A stretch of DNA of 64,000 nt from an uncultured Chloroflexia bacterium (GTDB taxonomy: Bacteria > Chloroflexota > UBA6077 > JACCZL01). Positions 56,445 through 64,000 of this stretch are shown one piece after another (position 1 is the first letter of the stretch; every line of letters begins with the position of its first letter). The notes beneath the pieces were generated by a model. That model was given only the letters and a program-made list of their open reading frames with translations. It was not told the origin of the DNA and ran no database searches. The stretch covers positions 120,761 to 184,760 of the forward strand of contig CAVXYC010000029.1 in NCBI GenBank assembly GCA_963765765.1, given 5' to 3'. A program made the translations under genes and the position numbers.

Positions 56445-56645
56445 GCGTTGCGCTTCGGCTCGAAGAATGGCCCCGGCTGAAAATCAAGAACCGTACGTAC
56501 AGCGAAGCCGTCGGCCGCCATGCGCGCCAATCATCCGGTAGGGCGCCAGAACGGGCTTCGCCACGAAGCTCTCGAGATCACGCGCGCGCACCGCCCGGAA
56601 CAGATCCCGCCCGCGACCGCCGACGTGATCGTGGTAGAGCAGCCC
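56445..56645 (-). pseudogene. ATP-dependent DNA ligase domain fragment with micro-inversion
   Basis: Minus strand LLYHDHVGGRGRDLFRAVRARDLESFVAK...PYR; the following motif LKIKNRTYSEAVGR lies on the plus strand. Confidence 0.7.
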
Positions 56646-57010
56646 GCCGTCGGCGACCTGAACATGCTGGTGCACATGCTGCACGGTGACGGTTTGCGAC
56701 GCCCCGGCCTCCCAGCGTTGCCACGTCTGCATCCCGGCCTGGTAGCTGTCGAACATTCGGGCCGCGGTGTTCATCAGGCGCACCTGATCGACCGCGCGGA
56801 GCGTGGGATTGTCAGCAAGCGCGCGGGCGGCCGGCTTGATGCCGAGGAAATGCACGACAGTCATCTGGTGAACCAGCATCTTCTCGAGGCTGTTCGCTGC
56901 CCCGGCGGCGCTCACGGCCGCATCGACCGCGGGATCGAGCACTTGCGCGTCGAGCGCGGCGTACATCCGGCGGGTGGACAGGCTTCCACGCTCACGGCGT
57001 TCGGGTATTC
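56645..57010 (-). pseudogene. Fragment of a mobile-element/prophage-type hypothetical protein
   Basis: NSLEKMLVHQM...RLMNTAARM...QTVTVQHVHQHVQVADGG, fused in frame to the ligase fragment. Confidence 0.5.
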
Positions 57011-57139
57011 CAGCGTGTTCACGAGTCAAGCCCGGCCATTTCTTAAGGATTTTGGCCAGCTTCGCCTCGCGCGGGTGTAACATGCGCCTCCGCCTCAGGA
57101 AACCCAGAGCCCCACTCGCAAGAAGAAGGAGGGCGACCC

Positions 57140-58429
57140 ATGAAGCATCGAGACGTTTCTCGGCGCACCTTGTTGAAAGGTGGCGGCGCAGCGCTGGCCG
57201 GGCTGTCGCTGCAGGCGGCGAGTCCGGCCCACGCCTTCCCACAAGACGACCAGCGAGAGCAACACGAGAAGCACGGGTGGGATGATGACCAGCCTGACCC
57301 GTCGCAATCACTGGGGAGGCCCGGCGATGTGGTCCTCCCGTGGCTCGACCAGCCCCCGCCGGCCCCCTTTCCGGACCCCCCCCTCCAACTAGTCTGGGAG
57401 GAGCTCGACTCCTGGCTCACCCCTCCCGCGGCATTCCACGAGGTCACGCACTACGGCATACCGAGTGGCCTTGATACCCTCGCCGCCACGTGGCGAGTGA
57501 GGGTTGCCGGACTGGTCGCGCATCCCCTGTCGCTGTCGCTGGCAGACATCAAGGATCGCCCGCGCCGAGAGATCGACTTCACGTTGGAGTGCTCCGGGAA
57601 CCACGGCACCGGCCTGCCCTTTGCCACTGGCTTCATCGGGAATGCCCGCTGGGCCGGCACTCCCCTCGCGCCGGTGCTGGAGCAAGCCGGTCTCCGCAAG
57701 GACGCCGTCGAGATCGTGTTCTACGGGATCGATCGCGGAACCCAGACGATCCGCGACAACACGGGGATCGTGAGAGGTGGGCTGACGGGCACCGTCGAGC
57801 CCGATGCGGGTGGCGGACTGGACCTGACGGTCACCGAGCAGTTCGCTCGCAGCATGTCCATCGACGATGCGCTCGACTCGCGCAATTTGCTGTGCTACGA
57901 GATGAACGGCGAGTCCCTGCCCGAAAAGAACGGCTTCCCGATCCGCTTAATCGCGCCGGGCTGGTATGGCGTGGCCAACGTCAAGTGGCTGACGCGCATC
58001 GAGGTGCGCAACCAGCGCCATGCGGGCAACTACATGGCGCGCGACTACGTGACTATCCGCGAGGAGCAGCGCAACGGCGAGCCGTTCTGGACGTTCAGCA
58101 CCGTGAGGCACGATCGCCTCAAGTCGGCCCCCGCCAAAGTCGTACGTCGCGGCAGCCGCTACGTCGTCCTTGGCGTGGCCTGGGGCGCGCCCATCGCAGC
58201 AGTGGAAGTGCGCATCGACAACGGACCGTGGATGCCGGCGAGGCTCTTCGGGCCAGTGGCGCATAGCCGGAACAGGCGCGGCCTGGCGTGGAGATTCTGG
58301 ACGTTCGGCTGGGGAATGCCTGCCGCGGGCGAGCACGCGGTGACAATGATGACCGTGCCGGCCGCGATGCGCATGTTTCCGGGAGGTGCCAGAATGCGGC
58401 TACACCAGTTTCCAAAACCGTCGCGATAG
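57140..58429 (+). CDS. Tat-exported sulfite-oxidase-family molybdoenzyme, C-terminally truncated near 58345
   Basis: SRRTLLK Tat motif; TLECSGN, IGNARWAGTPL, FARS, YEMNGESLP..NGFPIRLIAPGWYGVANVKWL. The tail reads into the antisense of a transglutaminase fragment. Confidence 0.9.
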   Translation: MKHRDVSRRTLLKGGGAALAGLSLQAASPAHAFPQDDQREQHEKHGWDDDQPDPSQSLGRPGDVVLPWLDQPPPAPFPDPPLQLVWEELDSWLTPPAAFHEVTHYGIPSGLDTLAATWRVRVAGLVAHPLSLSLADIKDRPRREIDFTLECSGNHGTGLPFATGFIGNARWAGTPLAPVLEQAGLRKDAVEIVFYGIDRGTQTIRDNTGIVRGGLTGTVEPDAGGGLDLTVTEQFARSMSIDDALDSRNLLCYEMNGESLPEKNGFPIRLIAPGWYGVANVKWLTRIEVRNQRHAGNYMARDYVTIREEQRNGEPFWTFSTVRHDRLKSAPAKVVRRGSRYVVLGVAWGAPIAAVEVRIDNGPWMPARLFGPVAHSRNRRGLAWRFWTFGWGMPAAGEHAVTMMTVPAAMRMFPGGARMRLHQFPKPSR

Positions 58430-58575
58430 CCTGAGATCGGAACCGACGGGCTGATCACGATGTGATCTGGCCTCTCAAGATCGGAGACCCGGGTGTAGTG
58501 AGTGCTCAGCACCATGATAACGGGCGTGGCCTGCGGGAAATGATAGTCCAGCTCGTAGCCAATCCTGAATTTCAT
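58345..58575 (-). pseudogene. Transglutaminase-like protein, N-terminal fragment
   Basis: MKFRIGYELDYHFPQATPVIMVL...YRDGFGNWCSRILAP; catalytic domain absent. Confidence 0.8.
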
Positions 58576-58757
58576 GATGCGCCCTGCGCTAAGTCGATCG
58601 AGGCGACGCCGTCGGTGCCGACCATGGCCCGCGTGATCGAGCATGCGCAAGTGTAGACCTCTTTGATGAGGAGTTCGATCTTCTTGACCGTTGACGAGGC
58701 CAAGCGCGATGGTTTGCCCAACACGCCGCTCTGGCAAAATCACTTCGCGAGCTGACG

Positions 58758-58889
58758 ATGGACAATTCGACGCCCGTGTTCTGGATCTGGATTGCTGCTG
58801 TCGGTTTGTTCGCGGCCGCAGTGACGGTGGCCTACCACTTCGCAAGAAAGGCATGGAGGCGGCTCGCGAAACGTGACGGCTCTACGTGA
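58758..58889 (+). CDS. 43-aa single-TM peptide
   Basis: MDNSTPVFWIWIAAVGLFAAAVTVAYHFARKAWRR; frame conserved in the diverged mirror copy. Confidence 0.6.
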   Translation: MDNSTPVFWIWIAAVGLFAAAVTVAYHFARKAWRRLAKRDGST

Positions 58890-59008
58890 CGATGGCGAGC
58901 GCGAAGCAAACGACCCGCTCGGGCAAACAGACGAATTGCCACAACCTGACAGCCATAGATCCGTGTTTCAGTGTCAGCGATCACTGGACCCAGCTCGTGG
59001 AGCATGCT

Positions 59009-59521
59009 GTGCGCCCCATCGCGGTGGCACCACCAACGGATTGCGCCAACGTGTTGCCGTCAGCGGATTTTAGCGACGCGTTCGCGATTGACGTTCGCAA
59101 TGCCACGCTGGATGCACCCCAAGCCACACGCCGAGCGTTTGCTGGGCAGCCCGGCTGGATCGCAAAGTTGCTCGCGATACGCAATATCCTTGTCGCGCCG
59201 CTGGGGCTAAAGTCCGGTGCGGATGGAAATTTGCCAGCGAGTGGTCGCGTCGGTATTTTTCCAGTGGTCTCATCGTCGTCGGAGCGCGTCGTGCTGGGTT
59301 TCGACGACACGCACCTCGACTTTCGCATCATTGTTGATGTGAAAGCTTTGGACAAAGCGACACGTCGCGTCACAGCAACCACACTGGTTCACAGAAACAA
59401 CCTATTCGGTCGCGTATATCTTGCTGCGGTCATGCCCTTCCACAAGCTGATTGTGCCCACGATGCTCGCGCGCGTCAGCGATGAGGCGAAGCAAGGTGTC
59501 GCTCGATCAAGATTGAGTTAG
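59009..59521 (+). CDS. DUF2867-family protein
   Basis: ADFSDAF, WIAKLLAIRNILV, LGFDDTHLDFR, TTLVHRNNLFGRVYL..VMPFHKLIV. Confidence 0.85.
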   Translation: MRPIAVAPPTDCANVLPSADFSDAFAIDVRNATLDAPQATRRAFAGQPGWIAKLLAIRNILVAPLGLKSGADGNLPASGRVGIFPVVSSSSERVVLGFDDTHLDFRIIVDVKALDKATRRVTATTLVHRNNLFGRVYLAAVMPFHKLIVPTMLARVSDEAKQGVARSRLS

Positions 59522-59909
59522 TGCGCGGGGAGGAGAATTTGTACCGATGCGTTCTGGGCCGTGAACTCATAAAACTCACTGTCGCAAGGTCCGTCCGGAC
59601 TTCGGGCCAAAGCCAACATTGCCGCGCAACCGTGCTATTTCTCGTTTGACCCTGAACGGACTTGTCATTGTCCCGAGGAGATCACGGCTACACACTGCGG
59701 GCCCAGCAGTCTGTCCGCCGAGTTCGTGCAGAGTCCGGCAGTACACCATTGCCGTTGCCCATCGTGTGGGGGTATTGGCAAGGTGTACTCAAATTCGCAT
59801 GAGGCGAAGCGGCGACCGCCGCGTGTGGATGAACCGGCGCGTCGAAGGGCGTTGGTACCTTGGCCTTAGTATCAGCTGACGCAACGTTCGGGAGTCGAAA
59901 TGCCGCGCG

Positions 59910-60413
59910 GATGCCTTTGTTATGCTCGCTTGCCTCATCACAGTGGAGCGCGCCGCAGCGGCCGATGGGCCCGACGTCGGGGCGCTTATTGTGCCTGGTG
60001 CCTGTTTCGTGCACTCGGTTTCCGAGAAAGCGCGGACCATCGACCGCATCGAACTCCAACTCATGCAGGTGATCGGAAAAGATCGCAGTCCGATCGGGGG
60101 AAATCCGTGTTCAGCTTGGCATCCAACCGAGGATGGCGACGACGCGATGCCCAGTGGATTGTCGGCCCCATGCGTGGGAGTGGGACGAAAGCTCTCCTGC
60201 ACTCTGAGCTGCGGTGATACCGACAAGCACGGTGGGCTAGGGCGATTCCGTACCGAGCCTGCTGGCGTTGACCGACTTCGGCTCGTCATCGAAACGCCGC
60301 TCGTGCTCGGATTGGCTGCCCAACCAACCAAAAGCCGTTCGCCGTGAGGGGCTGCCGTGGTCGGCAAAGCCTTCGTGCTGCGCCTCGCGGAAACCAACAA
60401 TTGTTTCCACTGA
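59910..60413 (+). CDS. Secreted Cys-containing hypothetical protein (frameshifted)
   Basis: Signal-like start (AFVMLACLITVERAAAAD), ends GKAFVLRLAETNNCFH*; reconstructed across frames using both arms. Confidence 0.45.
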
Positions 60414-60497
60414 TGAGAATTGTGGCGCTGGAGCAGCCGCTTCAGCCCAAGGATTGGGTGAAATTGTTGCGACTAGCATCATCATCACGTTCAGCCA

Positions 60498-61010
60498 TCA
60501 GTGGAAACAATTGTTGGTTTCCGCGAGGCGCAGCACGAAGGCTTTGCCGACCACGGAGCCCCTCACGGCAACGGCTTTTGGTCGGTTGGGCAGCCATTGA
60601 GCACCAGCGGCGTTTCGATGACGAGCCGAAGTCGGTCAACGCCAGCAGGCTCGGTACGGAATCGCCCCAGCCGACCGTGCTTGTCGGTATCACCGCAGCT
60701 CAGAGTGCAGGAGAGCTTTCGTCCCACTCCCACGCATGGGGCCGACAATCCACTGGGCATCGCGTCGTCGCCATCCTCGGTTGGATGCCAAGCTGAACAC
60801 GGATTCCCCCGATCGGACTGCGATCTTTTCCGATCACCTGCATGAGTTGGAGTTCGATGCGGTCGATGGTCCGCGCTTTCTCGGAAACCGAGTGCACGAA
60901 ACAGGCACCAGGCACAATAAGCGCCCCGACGTCGGCCCATCGGCCGCTGCGGCGCGCTCCACTGTGATGAGGCAAGCGAGCATAACAAAGGCATCCGCGC
61001 GGCATTTGCA
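60498..61010 (-). CDS. Mirror copy of the secreted hypothetical protein
   Basis: Reverse complement of 59910-60413 with different indels. Confidence 0.45.
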
Positions 61011-61379
61011 CTCCCGAACGTTGCGTCAGCTGTTAAGGCCAAGGTACCAACGCCCTTCGACGTGCCGGTCGATCCACACGCGGCGGTCGCCGCTTCGCCT
61101 CATGCGAATTCGAGTACACCTTGCCAATACCCCCACACGATGGGCAACGGCAATGGTGTACTGCCGGACTCTGCACGAACTCGGCCGACAGACTGCGGCT
61201 GCAGCGTGTAGCCCGTGATCTCCTCGGGACAATGACAAGTCCGTTCAGGGTCAAACTGAGAAATAGCACGGTTGCGCGGCAACGTCGGCTTTGGCCCGAA
61301 GTCCGGACGGACCTTGCGACAGTGAGTTTTATGAGTTCACGGCCCAGAACGCATCGGTACAAATTCTCCTCCCCGCGCA

Positions 61380-61890
61380 CTAACTCAATCTTGATCGAGC
61401 GATGCCTTGGTCCGCCTCATCGCTGACGCGCGCGAGCATCGTGGGCACGATCGCTTATCGAAGGGCATCCGGTAGCGAGATACACGCGACCGAGCATGTT
61501 GTTCCGGTGAACCAGTGTAGTGGCCGTGACGCGATGGGTCGTCTCGTCCAACGCCTTCACATCAACGATGATGCGGAAGTTGAGGTGCGTGTCGTCGAAA
61601 CCGAGCACGACGCGCTCTGAAGAAGATGAAACAAGTGGAAAGATACCGACGCGACCACTCGCAGGCAAATTGCGATCAGCACCGGGCTTTAGCCCAAGCG
61701 GCTTGACAAGGATGTTGCGTATCGCAAGCAATTTTGCAATCCAGCCCGGCTGCCCGGCAAACACCCGGCGTGTGGCTTCAGGTGCATCCAGCGTGGCATT
61801 GCGAACGTCAATCGCAAACGCGTCGCCAAAATCCGCTGACGGCAACACATGCGCGCAATCGGTTGGTGGTGTTACCGCGATGGGGCGCAC
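61380..61890 (-). CDS. DUF2867-family protein, diverged mirror copy (3' frameshift)
   Basis: MRPIAVTPPTDCAHVLPSADFGDAF...LGFDDTHLNFR; conservative differences from 59009-59521. Confidence 0.8.
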
Positions 61891-62011
61891 GGCATGCTCC
61901 GCGGGACCGGCTTCCAGCGATCGCTACCACTGAAACACGGATCTACTGCGGTTTGGTTGTGGCAATTCGTCTGTTTGCCCGAGCGGGTCGTTTGCTTCGC
62001 GCTCGCCATCG

Positions 62012-62143
62012 TCACGTAGAGCCGTTGCGCCTCGCGACCCATCTCCAGGCTTTTCTCGCGAAGTGGTACACCACGGTCACTGCCACCGCGAACAGAACGA
62101 CGGCGGCAACCCAGATCCAGAACACGGGCGTCGAATTGTCCAT
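62012..62143 (-). CDS. 43-aa single-TM peptide, mirror copy
   Basis: MDNSTPVFWIWVAAVVLFAVAVTVVYHFARKAWRWVARRNGST. Confidence 0.6.
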   Translation of the reverse strand: MDNSTPVFWIWVAAVVLFAVAVTVVYHFARKAWRWVARRNGST

Positions 62144-62313
62144 CGTCAACTCCCTGAAGTGCTTGATGCGGCCTGCGCACCGCTGCTCGCTCCCCACAAA
62201 CTACATCGGTCCGGCTGCCCGAATTGGTCTACACTCGCTTTTCTGGATCACGGGGCCGTCTGGCCGCGCACCGATGCAATAGCATCGGTGGAACATTTCG
62301 CGCAGGGCACGTC

Positions 62314-62544
62314 ATGAAATTCAGGGTTGGCTACGAGCTGGACTATCATTTCCCGCAGCCCACGCCCGTCATTATGGTGCTGAACATCCGCTACACCCGC
62401 GTCTCCAATCTCGAGAGGCCAGATCACATCGTCATCAGCCCGCCGGTGCCGATCTCAGGCTATCGTGACGGTTTCGGAAACTGGTGCAGCCGCATCCTTG
62501 CGCCGGTCGGAAACATGCGCATCGCGGCCGACACGATCATCATT
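62314..62544 (+). pseudogene. Transglutaminase-like N-terminal fragment, mirror copy
   Basis: MKFRVGYELDYHFPQPTPVIMVL...; same breakpoint as the left-arm copy. Confidence 0.8.
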
Positions 62545-63749
62545 GTCACCGCGTGCTCGCCCGCGGCAGGCATTCCCCAGCCGAACGTCCAGAATCTCCA
62601 CGCCAGGCCGCGCCTGTTCCGGCTATGCGCCAATGGCCCGAAGAGCCTCGCCGGCATCCACGGTCCGTTGTCGATGCGCACTTCCACTGCTGCGATGGGC
62701 GCGCCCCAGGCCACGCCAAGGACGACGTAGCGGCTGCCGCGACGTACGACTTTGGCGGGGGCCGACTTGAGGCGATCGTGCCTCACGGTGCTGAACGTCC
62801 AGAACGGCTCGCCGTTGCGCTGCTCCTCGCGGATAGTCACGTAGTCGCGCGCCATGTAGTTGCCCGCATGGCGCTGGTTGCGCACCTCGATGCGCGTCAG
62901 CCACTTGACGTTGGCCACGCCATACCAGCCCGGCGCGATTAAGCGGATCGGGAAGCCGTTCTTTTCGGGCAGGGACTCGCCGTTCATCTCGTAGCACAGC
63001 AAATTGCGCGAGTCGAGCGCATCGTCGATGGACATGCTGCGAGCGAACTGCTCGGTGACCGTCAGGTCCAGTCCGCCACCCGCATCGGTTTCGACGGTGC
63101 CCGTCAGCCCACCTCTCACGATCCCCGCGTTGTCGCGGATCGTCTGGGTTCCGCGATCGATCCCGTAGAACACGATCTCGACGGCGTCCTTGCGGAGACC
63201 GGCTTGCTCCAGCACCGGCGCGAGGGGAGTGCCGGCCCAGCGGGCATTCCCGATGAAGCCAGTGGCAAAGGCCAGGGTGGTGCCGTGGTTCCCGGAGCAC
63301 TCCAACGTGAAGTCGATCTCTCGGCGCGGGCGATCCTTGATGTCTGCCAGCGACAGCGACAGGGGATGCGCGACCAGGCCGGCAACCCTCACTCGCCACG
63401 TGGCGGCGAGGGTATCAAGGCCACTCGGTATGCCGTAGTGCGTGACCTCGTGGAATGCCGCGGGAGGGGTGAGCCAGGAGTCGAGCTCCTCCCAGACTAG
63501 TTGGAGGGGGGGGTCCGGAAAGGGGGCCGGCGGGGGCTGGTCGAGCCACGGGAGGACCACATCGCCGGGCCTCCCCAGTGATTGCGACGGGTCAGGCTGG
63601 TCATCATCCCACCCGTGCTTCTCGTGTTGCTCTCGCTGGTCGTCTTGTGGGAAGGCGTGGGCCGGACTCGCCGCCTGCAGCGACAGCCCGGCCAGCGCTG
63701 CGCCGCCACCTTTCAACAAGGTGCGCCGAGAAACGTCTCGATGCTTCAT
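62460..63749 (-). CDS. Sulfite-oxidase-family molybdoenzyme, mirror copy, truncated
   Basis: Nearly identical to 57140-58429 (differences GL/TL, P/A, T/A, P/T, V/L). Confidence 0.9.
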   Translation of the reverse strand: MKHRDVSRRTLLKGGGAALAGLSLQAASPAHAFPQDDQREQHEKHGWDDDQPDPSQSLGRPGDVVLPWLDQPPPAPFPDPPLQLVWEELDSWLTPPAAFHEVTHYGIPSGLDTLAATWRVRVAGLVAHPLSLSLADIKDRPRREIDFTLECSGNHGTTLAFATGFIGNARWAGTPLAPVLEQAGLRKDAVEIVFYGIDRGTQTIRDNAGIVRGGLTGTVETDAGGGLDLTVTEQFARSMSIDDALDSRNLLCYEMNGESLPEKNGFPIRLIAPGWYGVANVKWLTRIEVRNQRHAGNYMARDYVTIREEQRNGEPFWTFSTVRHDRLKSAPAKVVRRGSRYVVLGVAWGAPIAAVEVRIDNGPWMPARLFGPLAHSRNRRGLAWRFWTFGWGMPAAGEHAVTMMIVSAAMRMFPTGARMRLHQFPKPSR

Positions 63750-64000
63750 GGGGTCGCCCTCCTTCTTCTTGCGAGTGGGGCTCTGGGTTTCCTGAGGCGG
63801 AGGCGCATGTTACACCCGCGCGAGGCGAAGCTGGCCAAAATCCTTCAGAAATGGCCCGGCTTGACTCGTGAACACGCTGGATGCCCAAACGCCGTGAGCG
63901 TGGAAGCCTGTCCACCCGCCGGATGCGCGGCTGGACACCGCAAGTGCTCAATCCCGCGGTCGATGCGGCCGTGAGCGCCGCCGGGGCAGCGAACAGCCTC

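Larger units (their letters stand above)
56886..64000. repeat. Giant inverted repeat: left arm 56886-60415, spacer 60416-60495, right arm 60496 to window end
   Basis: GGAAACCAACAATTGTTTCCACTGATG / CATCAGTGGAAACAATTGTTGGTTTCC at the centre; every gene in the left arm is mirrored; the last bases of the window are the reverse complement of 56886 onward. Confidence 0.97.

Noticed and set aside
57140-58429. Novel C-terminal domain on the sulfite oxidase
   Set aside because: The last 27 or so residues are antisense read-through into the transglutaminase fragment.
60380-60530. Hairpin telomere / protelomerase site at the centre of the inverted repeat
   Set aside because: The arms are separated by an 80-bp non-palindromic spacer and no protelomerase gene is visible.
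58340-62550. Diversity-generating retroelement TR/VR pair explaining arm divergence
   Set aside because: No reverse transcriptase; differences are not adenine-specific and are mostly synonymous or conservative.

Overview
The window has two parts. (1) About 1-41 kb is a coherent high-GC chromosomal segment that looks Chloroflexota-like (an inference from gene content). It carries gcvT-H-PA-PB, orphan oppD/oppF, a decayed MarR-GNAT gene, a HEAT-repeat gene, proS, alr, a DinG helicase, fhaA-fhaB-rodA-pbpA, acpS, recJ, rplY, mobA, tatA and tRNA-Glu(CTC). A katG-perR module sits between tRNA-Glu and degenerate tRNA-Gln(CTG) copies. A catabolic/transport cluster follows (three lipoprotein SBPs, two FbpB-type permeases, amidohydrolase, SDR, partial molybdenum hydroxylase). 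Single-base frameshifts are rare on the left and dense at 30-41 kb, which points to falling consensus quality rather than mass pseudogenisation. (2) About 41-64 kb is a patchwork of blocks that appear to come from unrelated diderm bacteria (HupE/UreJ, MBL hydrolase, an Omp85 barrel plus a secreted kinase-like protein, wHTH-TolB-TPR regulator, vanadium haloperoxidase, RibD/HxlR, CGNR/arginase). Many genes there are cut mid-domain and joined without mobile-element ends. The window ends in an inverted repeat of at least 3.5 kb around an 80-bp spacer (60416-60495), with arms that diverge patch by patch. The simplest reading of part 2 is a chimeric or fold-back read/assembly artefact, and this should be tested before any biology is inferred across junctions. 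The best candidates for poorly described biology are the POTRA-less Omp85 plus exported kinase-fold pair, the tRNA-Gln-fragment array flanking katG-perR, the DinG with a degenerate exonuclease domain, a nested REP/MITE element and a non-T-box attenuator upstream of proS. All family assignments are from motif recognition by eye; no database searches were run.
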